Of a DNA stretch of 64,000 bases, positions 41,426-55,190 are shown in pieces. The notes under the pieces were generated by a model. It had not been told where the DNA came from. It saw only the letters and a list, made by a program, of their open reading frames with translations, and made no database searches. A program made the position numbers and the translations under genes. Source of the DNA: the human T2T-CHM13v2.0 reference genome, Homo sapiens; assembly GCF_009914755.1 (NCBI RefSeq), contig NC_060934.1; one strand, given 5' to 3'. The stretch's first letter is position 1. The number at the start of each line of letters is the position of its first letter.

Positions 41426-41888
41426 GTACACTGCCTCCATCTCTTATCGGTGTGTGTGTGAGTGTATGTGTGCACCGCTGTGTGTGAGCAGGTGTGCACT
41501 GCCTCCATCTCCTATCGGTGTGTGTGTGTGTATGTGTGCACCGCTGTGTGTGAGCAGGTGTGCACTGCCTCCATCTCCTATCAATGTGCGAGTGTATGTG
41601 TGCACCGCTGTGTGTGAGCAGGTGTGCACTGCCTCCATCTCTTATCGGTGTGTGTGTGTATGTGTGCACTGCTGTGTGTGAGCAGGTGTGCACTGCCTCC
41701 ATCTCCTATCGGTGTGTGTGAGTGTATGTGTGCACTGCTGTGTGTGAGCAGGTGTGCACTGCCTCCATCTCCTATCGGTGTGTGTGTATGTGTGCACTGC
41801 TGTGTGTGAGGTGTGCACTGCCTCCATCTCCTATCGGTGTGTGTGAGAGTGTATGTGTGCACTGCTGTGTGCGAGCAGGTGTGTACAT
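41426..41888. repeat. TG-rich minisatellite, about 59-68-bp unit, 7 copies
   Basis: gtgcactgcctccatctcctatcggtgtgtgtgagtgtatgtgtgcactgctgtgtgtgagcaggt; seven gcctccatct anchors counted. Confidence 0.95.
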
Positions 41889-41965
41889 GTTCACACGGAT
41901 ATACTGTTCTCCAAATTTGGATCCTATTGTTCAATTTGAAGCCTACTTTTAAAAACTTAACATTA

Positions 41966-42304
<339 letters not shown>

Positions 42305-42977
42305 TCACTGTAAGTGATGTTCTAAGTATGATTTTATTCATGACTGAAGGCCATCCATTTTTTAATGTAGATGTACCATAATTCACGTAAACACTTACCA
42401 CATTGCATTGGAGGTTTTATTTTTCCTTTTGGCATTATGAATAATGTCGCGCACTACCACGGTTCATACACACATGCTCCTTCTCTAACCTCGCTGGAGC
42501 TAGAATCACTGAATGAAGTCATATTGGCTTATTTAAAGGATCTAAAAGTTATGCTGCAGGTGTGGCCCATTGCATCCCACTTCCCACACAGCACGAGAAA
42601 GAATTCACTAACTATGGCATTGTTGTGAATGCTGAGTAAAGAGCCAATGTGTTCTGATATCTGTGCTAATTTAAGGAGAACATTCCACTTGGTGGTTTAA
42701 ATTTACATTCCTTGAATGACTTATGAGTAAGCCACATATTGCACAAGGATCATTTATAATTATTCTGTCTTCCATTTATGTCTATTTTTATTATAATATT
42801 AGAATAAACTGTCATATATAACAATGCTTGTAAAATTCATTACATTGACCTATGTGTAGATTACTATGTCAGTACCACATATTTAAAAAACTGATGTAAA
42901 CTTTAGAATAATTTTAATCCCATATATTTCATATATATCTGTCTGGGATCCTATATAGCCAAGATATATATAGATAG

Positions 42978-43347
<370 letters not shown>

Positions 43348-44477
43348 TCCATAAACAGCATTTCTAAATGCACCACTTTCCCATCCAAGACCATAGTAAC
43401 TGTAAAAAAAAAAAATTACTTCTCAGAATGTTGTCGTTTTCTCTGTTTAGATTTCACACATAAGTAAAGGTTATGATCCATCTACCTGTGTTGATAGTTG
43501 TTCATAGGTATTTTGTGCAGTTTTCTATGCTATGTGAATAGAGTATTTTCTTCAATTACAGCATCTAAATAACTACTAATATGTAGAAAATATATTATTT
43601 TCATATGCTAATATTTTATCAATCCATTTGTTGGTCTTTTAATTCTGAGTTGTTAAGTTGACTGTCTCCAGTTCTCAAAATGTAAAAGTATATAACCAAG
43701 TAGGATTTCATATTTCTATTTTATTTCTTATTGCATTGGCTAGAACTTCCTGAAAACAGTTTCAGTAAAACAATAAACAGTGACTCCGACTATCCAAGGA
43801 CTGGTAACAGTGTGGCGTTTTTTAGCTAATTATTCTGTATCTGGTTCACCTTCATTCTTTAGTTTTCTGACTTTTTAAATGGCTGTTACATTTGCATTTT
43901 TATCAAACGATGCATCTTCCTGTGGTCGATTGATGGGATATTGTTTTTCTTATAAACACACAGAGATGATACTATTGTCACTGCCTTTCATAATATGATG
44001 CTGTTGATGAAATGTATATTCTACTGGATTCTTACAGATGTTACTGTTACTGTTCTGTTACATTTTCTCCAATACTTTGTAGGATTTGTATAGCTATCTT
44101 TATGACTGAGATTTGTCTGTATAATTTTAGTTTCCATTTTTTCTATTTTTAAAAAACATTGGTAATCAACTTCTATTTACAGTTTCACCGTATTCCATGT
44201 TTGGAAACAAGCTTTCTATCTTGAGAATGTTCTCCTCGGAGTCTGGGAGATTTTACCACTGAAACCTGTGGCGTCTCAGGTGCAGATGGAGCTTCTTGTG
44301 CAGCTGCCACATCGTGGTTCGGGTTGAATTGCCCATTGAGTCTCCCAAAATCGTTTATCTAATTACTTAAAAATTACAAATGTGGAGCAGTGATAGCTCC
44401 ATTTAATGTGTTTTTTTTTCATGTAATGTGTTTTCGTGTCCATGAGAATTTTTAATCATTTTAATTTATTTCTGGGA

Positions 44478-44772
44478 TTTTTTTTTTTTTTTGAGACAGA
44501 ATCTTGCTGTTGTCCAGACTGCATTGCAGAGGTGCGATCTCGGCTCACTGCAACCTCCACCTCACAGGTTGAAGCGATTCTCCTGCCTCAGCCTCCCGAG
44601 TAGCTGGGATTACAGGTACACGCCACCGCACCTGGCTAATTTTTGTATTTTTAGTAGAGACAGCGTTTCGCCATGTTGGCCAGGCTGGTCTCAAACTCCT
44701 GGCCTCAAGTGATCTGCTTGCCTCGGCCTCCCAAAGCGCTGGGATTAAAGGCATGAGCCACTATGCCCGGTC
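44478..44772 (-). mobile_element. AluS
   Basis: Full antisense dimer flanked by ttatttctg repeats. Confidence 0.92.
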
Positions 44773-44956
44773 TTATTTCTGTTTTTAAAATCGTCAATGC
44801 CTGCCTTTATTTTTTATCATATGCTTCCCCATGTTTTCCTTTTTCTCCTTGAGTTTTCTAATGCCTGGATTTGAAAGCTAACTTCTGCATTGCTGATGGT
44901 TTCATGTTTAACATCATCATTGTTCCAGGCTTTAGACTTGCAGTGCTATTTGACTG

Positions 44957-45413
44957 TGACAGTGCAGGAGTATCGCCGTCTTGGACAAGCACCATCATGC
45001 TAAAGTTCACCTTGATCAAAAACCGCCTAAATCCAAAGGGCTAAAGTCAGCATGACCATAAGCCCCAAATAACATCTCCTACCAGAAACATTCCAAACCC
45101 CTCCCCGACCAGAGACATGCCAGCCCTGAGATAACCCCCCTCCGGCTGGGAAGATGTCAGCCCCAAGATAACCTCCCCTCTGCCCAGAGACATTCCCACC
45201 CCACCATAAAACTTCTCCCTCACACAGAAACCTCCCAAGCTTGTGATAAGCCCCCTCACCCTAAAACCAATCTGTACCCTTGGCCTGTAAGAGAACGTGC
45301 TCCTGACCGAAATCCACCAGAAGCCCCTCTCAGGTTTATTTTCTCTAAAATAAATCTGTCTTTAACTGTTAAGCCACATTTCATGTTTCTTTCCTCTTTC
45401 TTTAACTCTTACA
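44957..45413 (+). mobile_element. ERV solo LTR (MER83/MER84-like)
   Basis: TG...CA ends, perfect GACTG TSD (44952-44956, 45414-45418), AATAAA near the 3' end, terminus ttcctctttctttaactcttaca. Confidence 0.8.
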
Positions 45414-45751
45414 GACTGCAAGTTATTAATTCTAATAGAAGCACTTCAGGTTGGGTAATTTTATTTATGAGTTTATATTTGTAATTTTTACTTCTGTTTC
45501 ACTCATTATTTTTTGTAGCCTTTTAACTTCAAGGTTGATAGGCATTTCCCTATAGTCCATCACTGTCTTTCTGGTTCAGACGCGTGGTGGCTGTAGGTAA
45601 GGCCCAGGCAATTGCTCTCTGTAATTTCCTGAGTGTACTTCCTGGTGTTATGTAGAATCTCATTTTTTACTTTTTTTCTTTAACTTTTATTATGAAATCT
45701 TTCAACAATAGTAAATCATAGTGTAAGGAACCAGTATCCCTGTTTTCACAC

Positions 45752-46188
45752 TGTGGGAAGAAAAAAAACAAAGGAAACTGTATATCTGAAGAATGGGAGC
45801 CCCTTTAAATGATCAGGCCCAGAGAGGCTTTGGAATGCAACAGCAGTCACCTCCCTGCCCCCGAGCTAAATCATGGCTTCCTGAAGCCACCTGCTGTGCC
45901 ACCAAGTCTCCATCAAAGGCCATACACTCTACAGCGCCACACAGTGTAGCCCATCACTAACCAATGTCACTTCTGTAAACCAAGCAGAATCTCTGATGAG
46001 CCACTTCTGTAACTGCCCCCTCCTGATGATTTGCCCATTATCTCTTTAAAAATCTGAGCCTTTCCTTCATTCTCCAGAGCACTCCCCAAAGCAACCTGGA
46101 AATGTTCCTCAGGGCAGCTGTCCTCAACCTTGGCCCAAATAAACTCTCTGTATTAATTTTGCCTCAGTTTCTTCCTTTTAAGTCAACA
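45752..46188 (+). mobile_element. MER34-like solo LTR
   Basis: TG...CA ends; gtcctcaaccttggcccaaataaactctct...cttttaagtcaaca terminus. Confidence 0.72.
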
Positions 46189-46459
46189 CCACCAACCTAG
46201 CTCCCACGCCAGGATTATTCTAAAGTAAACCCATGACATTTTATCTCACCCTTCCATGTTTCAGAAGACATCTCTAAATTATGAGTTCTTTTGAAAAACA
46301 TGAGCATAGAACTCATCACTCCAACAAATTAACAGTAATTACTTAAAAATACTAAATACATAGTCGGTGTTTTCTTCTATTGTCCATTTTTTTCTTTGGT
46401 TTTATTCAAACCAGGATCAAACAAAATCCTGGCATTTTGTTGGGTATGTCTTTTAAGCC

Positions 46460-49400
46460 TTTTTTTTTTTAAGTTGGATGCACTCAGGTGTTATTTACAT
46501 TGTGTACAGTCCTCTGCTTTTAATAAATGTATACACTTATGAAACCACTGAGGCCAGATAAACGTCCACCATCCCCAAACCTGCCCTCTGACCTGTTGTT
46601 GTCAAAACCCTTGTCCCACCCCCACCTCCTGGAAATCACTGTGGTATTTTTTGTTCTTATAGTTTTGCTTTGCCTAGAATGTCACAAAAGTGGAATAATA
46701 TATGACATAAATGATCCTGAATGCCTTCACTGGCATAATGCTTTTGGGATCCACTCACATCATTGCACATGTAAGAAGTGTGTTCCTTGTTATTTCTGTG
46801 TCACAGTCCATTATTTGGATCTAACCAAGTTTGTTTACCCATTCACCAGCCAACATCGCTTAGGAATAAAGCTACTACAAACGTCTGTGTGCAGGTTGCT
46901 ATGGGCATCTTTTTATGTTTCTAGGAAAAATACGTAAGAGTGAGATTACTGGGAACTAGGATAAGAGTGTTAATAACAACCTGCTCAACTGACTTTCAAA
47001 GTGACTGTTCCGTGTTGCATTCCCACCAGCAAGTTATGAAAACTTCAGCTGTGCCACATCTTCACCACCACGTGGTATTGCCAGGTTCTGTCTTTGTTTT
47101 GTTTTCATGAACGCCATTCTAATAAGTATGTAGGGACTCCGATCATGGATTCAACTTGCATTTTGCTAATGAAATATGATGTTGAACATTTTTAAAAATT
47201 GTATTTAATTTTCTTTAAACTCACATAAAATAACAATACATATTCCTGGGGTATATAGTGATAATTTGAGCCATATGAAGTCTAGTGACCAGATCAGGAC
47301 AATGCGCATATCCATCATCTCGAACATTTACCATTTCTTTGTGGTTGGAAACATTCAATATTCCAATAACCCTCCTTCTAGCTATTTGAATGTATATATT
47401 ACATTGTTGTCATCTGTAGCCACCCTACAGTGGTAACGACCTCTAGAACTTATTCCTGCTCTCTAGCTACAATTTTGTAGACTTTCACAAATACCTCCCT
47501 ATTTCCTGTGCTTATTGGCAATCCATCTTTCTTTGTTGGTGATGTGTCTGGTCATATATTTTGTCCATTTCTGTTGGATTTTTTTTTCTTATGACTAAGT
47601 TTTGAAGGTTCTTTGTATTCTCTGTTCTTTATCAGACATATGTTTTGTGAGTATTTTTCCCACTGTGTGCCTTTTCTTTTTTCTGCTTTTTTATTTTATG
47701 AAAAGTGATTTCAAAGACCAACAGCTTTTTTTAAATTTTGATGTTCAAGTCATCAATGCATTTTCTAATGTGGTTCATGCTTTTGGTGTCATGTATTAAA
47801 AATATTTGTCCAATCCAAGGTCACAACATTTTTCTTCAATGTTTTCTTCAGAATTTAGTTTTTGGTTTCACGACTCGATCAACCATCTATTTTGAGTTCA
47901 TTTTTATATGTAGTAAAATGTATTCATCAAGGATTGTTTGCTTATTTTGAAGACAGACAGATGTTCACTTGTTCCAAAATCATTTGCTGACAAGATGGTC
48001 TTTTCTTTATTGATTTTTCTTTGTACCCTTGTAATAAAAATCAATTGGCCATACATGCATGTGTCTACTTTTGGATGGTCTACTACGATGTTCTATTGGT
48101 CTTTATTCTTATGCTTTTGCCAATTGCACAAAGCCTTAGTTCCTGGTGATTTGTCATCAGCATTTAGATCAGCTATGCCTGTGTCCTCCACACTCGTTTT
48201 CTTCGTCAGAACTACTGTGGTGATTCCACTTCCTTTGCCTGTCCATATTAATTATTGCATGGGCTTGTCAATTTACATGAAACTGGGATTTTGTTTAGGG
48301 TTGCATTAAACATGTAGCTTAATCTGGGCAGAAGTGAAATCTTAACATTATTGAGCCTTCCAGTCTATCCCTCCATTTATTAATGTCTTATTTGATTTCT
48401 TTCATTAATGTTTCATGATTTTCACATATTTTGTTAGGTTAATCCCTAAGTACTTCATGATTTTGGTGCAATTTTAAAGGTACTTGTATTTTATTTTAAC
48501 TTCCAATTGTTTATTACCAGTAATACAGGGGTAAAATTGAATTTTGTACATTGACCTTGCATCCTGCAACCTTGCTAAACTTCCTTATTCGTATTAGTAG
48601 CTTTTGGTAGACTCTTTGAGATAGTCTATATCGTCATTTGTCTGCACATAGAGACAGTTTTGTGTCTTCCTTCCCAGTTTGTATGTTTTTCTTTTCTTTT
48701 TACTTTTTGCCTTGTTGCATAACTAGGGCTCCCGTCACAAATCCTTGCCTTGTTTTTCATCTTAGAGGGAAAACATTATCCTTCCACTATTCAGTTTGAC
48801 GTTAGTGGTAGATCTTCCTTAGATGTCCTTTGTCAGTTTGCGGAAGTCCCCTTTAATTCTTAGTTGAGTTACACACGGTTTTTTGTATTGTTTTGTTTTT
48901 AATCTGAATGGATGGTGAATTTGACAAATGCATTTTCTGAATCTATTGAAATAAACTTATTACTTCCCTTCTTTTGATAAACAGCATTGATGGATTTTCT
49001 AATGTTGAACAAGCATTGGATTTCAAAAAAATAAAAAATAAAAAACTCTCTTGGTCAAATATATTATCAACTTTAAATATGGCTGGATTTGATTTGTTAA
49101 TGTTATCTTGAGCCTTCTTTGCATGTATGTTCAAAAATTGTATTGGTCTGCTATTTTCTCTCTGTAATAACCATTTGGTTTTTGTGTAAGGGTAATGGCT
49201 ACCTTAGAAAAAAATTACTTAGGGAATATTATTTCATTTTATTTTCTGAACAAGTTTATTTTAATTTGTGTATTATTTCTTCCTTAAATATTTGGTAGAC
49301 CTCACCAGTGAAGCTGTCAGGGATTGAATGTTTTCCTGTTGGAAGAGTTAAATCATAAATTTACTGTTTTTATCAGATACAGAGTTATTCATGTTTTCTA

Positions 49401-52400
49401 TTACTACTTCTATTTATGTTTTCTATTTCTATTTCAAATAACTTATTTCATCTAAGCTGTTGCATTTATGATTATAGTTTATATTTTCCTATTGCAGGGT
49501 TAGTGTTAAGATCCATAATAATGTCTTTTATTTAATTCCTGACATCAGTAATCTGTGTCATCTTTCCTCTAATTTTTTATAGCCAGGGGTTTATAAATTC
49601 TATTGCTCTTCCTAAAAAATGAAGTTTTGTTTTCATTGATTTTCCTTATATTCTTCTGTTTTTTAATTTTTTAATTTCTGCTGTTATCTTTACTATATCC
49701 TTAGATTTAATTACTTCTCCATTTTCTAGTTTCTTAAGGTTAAGCTTAGATCATTAATTTGAGGTATTTCTTTTTTTTTTTTAATATAGGCGTTTTAATG
49801 CTATAAATGTCCATCTAAGCTATGTCCCACAAGACTTTTTTTGTGATATTGATTTTGATTTTCTTTTATTTTCATTTTCATTCTATTCAAAATATTTTCT
49901 TATTTCCACTGTCACTTTTTCTTTGACCTATGCATTACTTAGAAGCATTCTGTTCTATTTTCAAACATTTGGAGGTTTTCCGGATATCCTTGTTACTGAT
50001 TTCTAACTTAATTTTGTTGTGGTCGGAAAATAAATTGTGTAAACTTTTTTTTTTGAGACAGAGTCTCACTCTGTTGCCCAGGCTGGAGTACAGTGGCATG
50101 ATCTCGGCTAAGTGCAACCTCCACCTCCTGGTTTCCAGTGATTCTCCTACCTCAGCCTCCCAAGTAGCAGGTACTACAGGCACATGCCACCACACCCGGC
50201 TAATTTTTGTATTTTTAGTAGAGACAGGGTTTTGCCATGTTGGCCAGGCTGGTCCCGAACTCCTGACCTCAGGTGATCTGCCCAGCTCGGCCTCCCAAAG
50301 TGCTGGGATTAGAGGCATGAGCCACGGCGTCCAGCCCTACTTTTAATTATTTAAAATTTTTGACTTGTTTTATAGCCTATAATATGGTAAGGATGAATGT
50401 TTCCTGTGCAGATAAAAATATATGCCCTGTTACTGTAAAGTAGACTGTTCTATACATGTCAATCGGGTCAAGTTGTTGGACAGTATTATGCAAGTTCTCT
50501 AAATTCTCACTGATATTCACAGATGAGCTTCCATGCTGCAACAATCACTAAGAGATGCTGAAATCTCCAACTGTAAACACGATTGTCTATTTTTTTGTTC
50601 TGTTCTATCAGTTTCTGTGTTTTCAATTGTGAATTTCTTTTATTAGATTAAATTATTAGGTTTTATTAGATTAAATGTATTTGATTAGATTTTATTAGAA
50701 ATTTTTATCCCTAGTAATACTTTTTGTTCTGAAATCTAATTTGTCAAATATTAATACAGTCACTTCAGCTTTCTTTTGATTTATATTTACATCTTATATC
50801 TTTTCCAGACTTTTGCTTTTATGCTCACTCTGTCTTCTTATAAAAAGTGAGTTTTTTATAGACATCGTATATTTGGAACTGAAAACCTGCAAACTTCTGT
50901 CTATTCATTAGGGAGGTTAGATCTTTATATTTAAATCTACCATTTTATAGTTTTTAAAATATTTGTTCCAACTTTATTTTGATCCTTTGCTTTCTTGTTT
51001 TGTCTGCTTTTGGGTTGTTTATTATCATATCATTTTAATCTCCATAATTATTTTACTAGTTATAACTCTTTTCACAGTTTTAAGTGTCTGCTGCTCTACT
51101 GTTTTATATCTTTTGAAGATATATCTTTCGAAGATATATCTTTTGAAGATAAAGTATATCTTCATCTTAGAGGGAAAACATTATCCTTCCACTATTAAGT
51201 ACAACGTTAGCTGTAGATCTTCCTTAGATGTCCTCTGTCAATTTGAGGAAGTCCCCTTTAATTCCTAGTTCATTTATAGGCAGTTTTTTGTATAGTTTTG
51301 TTTTTAATCTGAATGGATGGTGAATTTAAAGACATACTTATATCTTCAAAAGGTATAAAGTATGTCTTTAACTTGGCACCTTCAAATAATACTATAGCAC
51401 ATAATGTATAGTACAATAGCCTTACAATTCCACACTTCCAATTCCTTCCTTACATTCTTTGTGAAATTTTTGACACACATTTTTATTTTGTGTATAATTT
51501 TACACATTATATAACTATCTTTTGCTCTTTATACTGTCAGTTATCTTTTAAAACAATTAAAAACAGAAAAATATATATTTTACCTTAATGTATTCCATCT
51601 CTAGCACTCTTCTTTTGTGTAGAGGTAACTTTCTCTATGCTAGTATATTATTCCTGACTAATAAGCTTCTTCGTAATTTCATGAACTGCAAATCTACAGA
51701 GAATGAATTCTTCTCAGCTTTTGTTTGCTTGTTAAAAATCTTTATTCCACTTAGCTTTCAATAATTGTTTCTGTTTGGTATAAAGTTCTTTGAATCAGAA
51801 GTTTAAATGTGATTCATCTAGTTTTCAATTTCAGCTTTTTCTTGTTTTTGCTATTTATTAGTCTTATGGTTTGCTGAACTTCTTGGATTTATAGTTTCAT
51901 AATGTCCATTTTTATTTCCTTTGTTCATTACGTCTTCAAATATTCTATCTTCTACGTATTCTCTCCTTGCCCTTTTCAGACTTCAGTTATACATAAGTTA
52001 AACCATTTGATATTCTCTCCTGGCTCTGGAAAAAGGCGTTCCATGTTTTCAGTTGCTTTCTCATTTTGTTACAGGTCTATTGATCTAATTTCACTAATTC
52101 TTGGCTGTATCACATCTATGCAGGAGTTCATCAAAGTAATTTTTCATTATGCCAGCTTTCATTTTTTCTAATATTTTAATTTGACTTTCTTATATTTTTA
52201 TATCGCTGATGAAATTCTCCTTCTGTTCATTCATGTTGCTCTCCTTTCCATGAGTTAATTTAACATGCTAATCATGGTCAATCATAGAACTATCTGATAA
52301 TTCTAACATCTGTGTCATCTTAGGGTCTGATTCTGTTGATTATTTTGTATCTTGTCAATAGTTTATCACTTCTTGCTTGGTTTGTGTGTCTTGTAACTTT

Positions 52401-52900
52401 ATTTATTAAGTGCTAGGCATCATAAATAGAACAATGAATGAGATAAATACGGTTTACTCCTGGGAATGGGCACACCCCTTCTTATGTCAAGCTGTTAGTG
52501 AATGCAATTTTGTCAGTGTATTCAGGGGGTGGACCTGGATTTGGATTTTGTTGTCATGGTTGCCTTCAATGCACCACAAGCTTCAAATCCTTTAAAAATG
52601 TATTTTGATTAAGACAAATTCTGGCATGTACGAAAATCTTTTTCAGTATTTGTACCCTTACCCCAGCTTTCAGCCAGCCTTACATCCCTGCACCACAGAA
52701 AAGGATTCCTATATGTCCCTCTCCTTCCACCAGTGATAGGGTGTTATTGCTTTTTACTCAGCACTTGCAACTGGATAGTGGGAAGAAATCCTTGTCAATT
52801 TCAGTCCTAGGTAACTTTGTTCATTTAGTCTTCAAGACTGGGGGTTTCTTACTCCTTCTGCTTTTAACAAACGTGGAGGATTTTTAAAGGCTTTATACTC
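46460..52900 (-). mobile_element. Long degraded L1M region, with nested L1MA 3' end (about 47190-47510) and an Alu
   Basis: T-rich strand bias with antisense L1 motifs (ttgcattcccaccagcaa; aaaatcaattggccata; atcctgcaaccttgctaaac; ctcaccagtgaagc). Confidence 0.75.
50045..50336 (-). mobile_element. AluS
   Basis: Full antisense dimer. Confidence 0.93.
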
Positions 52901-54000
52901 TCAAGATCCTTCTTTCTCACCTCCTCAATTTTACTGACATAATTTATGTATCCAGATTATAATTATCATAAAAAACTCTTGTAAATAAAAATATTGCTTT
53001 AAATTTTTCACTCATTCCTGCAACCAAATTAACAAATACTCACATATATCCTAAAGGATTAACAGAAATTGTTGATAATTACAGATATTTTGAAAACTGA
53101 CATCTCCATTGTTAGTTCTTGTTTTAGCTGTATTTATCACTTACCTGAGAAAATTAAAAGAAAAAATGAAATTTGATAAAATAAACTTTTTCCAAATGTC
53201 TCATATTTCACAGAAGAATTCTAAAGTAATTGTGTTTCAATGATTTGAAAACTGAGAAAACGTAACCTCGTCTGCTTTTTAAAAAAAAAATCATGCTGAT
53301 AAGTGCTTGAGAAAATAGGATCAGTGTGAACACATTCAAAATAACCATATAAAACAAAAGTAAACAAAATGAAATAAAATGTGAATGTCACCCACAAAAA
53401 TAAAAACAGAATAAATCAAAAGAATAAAAGAAAATAAAAAAGCAGAATGTAACAATTACAGATAAATATACGCATAGTAAATCAAATATAAAGATGCTAA
53501 ACTTCGTTTTCAAAAAGCAAAGGCAGACATTGTACATTTAAATAATTGACCTGAGCTTAAAACAAAAATAAGGCAAAAGTTGATAAGAAGAATAAAATAC
53601 AAGATGTAGACAGAGCAGCAGCAACATTAATTTTAGACAGAGAATTTGAGGTGAAAACATTAGGTGTGGTAAATTCATTTGATCGCTTTTTTAAGAACAT
53701 CTTTTCCATACTAATGCATTTGTATGACTTTCTTGCGAGGCATAAATTGCTTCAATCACAAGATGCTTTCCTCATAATTCTCTAAACTTTTCCCCATGAA
53801 CCAAGCTTGTCTAGTACTGCAGAATGGCCTGAAGCTGTGTCAACTTCTGTGTTCTTTTAAGTAGTGCCTCCAACATTCATAAAATGCCTCCAGGATACGG
53901 TGAGCAGGATATACGGCTGGCTTTGCCCCATTTACTACTTCTGCTGAAATTTGTTTTTTTGTTTTTTTTTTTTAAAGGGGAGATATATATTTTTTCTTTT

Positions 54001-54230
54001 TCTCATCAGATGGGTTTTATTTAACCTTACATATATTGACTTATTTTCCAACCTGACTCTGGTATAATATTATGAGACAAGGAAGAAAAACCAAAATATT
54101 TCCCCCAAAACATGTTTCTTTGCCATACCTTGAAACGGCTCTGCGAGCCATCTTTGGTAGGAGAAAATTTGCATCTGTAAAGAATCTCTATTAACATAGC
54201 TAGATCTTTTACTTCCAGGCCCTCCCAATT
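54001..54230 (+). mobile_element. Internal fragment of a MER4-group LTR (both ends missing)
   Basis: catcagatgggttttatttaacc...aaaatttgcatctgtaaagaatctctattaacatagctagatc...ccctcccaat. Confidence 0.7.
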
Positions 54231-55190
54231 CTTTTTTTTTTTTTCTCAATTTTTTTTTTTTTATTATACTTTAAGTTCTGGGATACATGTGCAGAACTTG
54301 CAGGTTTGTTATATAGGTATACATGCACCATGGTGATTTGCTGTACCCATCAACCCATCATCTACATTAGGCATTTCTCCTAATGCTATCCCTCTCCTAG
54401 CCCCCCACCCCGCAACAGGCCCTGGTGTGTGATGTTCCCCTCCCTGTGTCCATGTGTTCTCATTGTTCAATGACCACTTATGAGTGAGAACATGTGGTTT
54501 TTGGTTTTCTATTCTTGGGTTAGTTTGCTGAGAATAATGGTTTCCAGCTTCATCCATGTCCCTGCAAAGGACATGAACTCATCCTTTTTTATGGCTGCAT
54601 AGTATTCCACGGTGTATATGTGCCACATTTTCTTTATCCAGTCTATCGTTGATGGGCATTTGGGTTGGTTCCAAGTCTTTGCTATCATGAACAGTACTGC
54701 AGTAAACATACGTGTGCATGTGTCTTTATAGTAGAATGATTTATAATCCTCTGGGTATATACCCAGTAATGAGATTGCTGGTTCAAATGTATTTCTGGTT
54801 CTAGATCCTTGAGGAATCACCATACTGTCTTCCACAATGGTTGAACTAATTTACACTCCCACTAATAGTGTAAAAGCGTTCCTATTTCTCCACATCCTTT
54901 CCAGCATCTGTTATTTCCTGACTTTTTAATGATCGCCATTCTAACTGGCATAAGATGGTATCTCAGTGTGGTTTTGATTTGCATTTCTCTAATGACCAGT
55001 GATGATGAGCTTTTTTTATATGTTTGTTGGCTGCATAAATGTCTTCTTTTGAGAAGTGTCTGTTCATATCCTTCACCCACTTTGTAATGGGGTTGTTTGT
55101 TTATTTCTTGCAGATTTGTTTAAGTTCTTTGTAGATTCCGGATATTAGCCCCTTGTCAGATGGATAGATTGCAAAAATTTTCTTCCATTC
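54231..55190 (-). mobile_element. 5'-truncated L1PA7-like element
   Basis: ORF2 C-terminal remnants ([13 protein letters not shown]...; YYKDTCTRMF...KTWNQPKCP...ETIILSKLTQE), primate L1 3' UTR and A-tail. Confidence 0.93.

Noticed and set aside
41426-41888. Regular repeat array as a CRISPR-like locus
   Set aside because: Units are head-to-tail with no unique spacers and no cas genes. The same applies to the arrays at 1244-1403 and 12872-13029.
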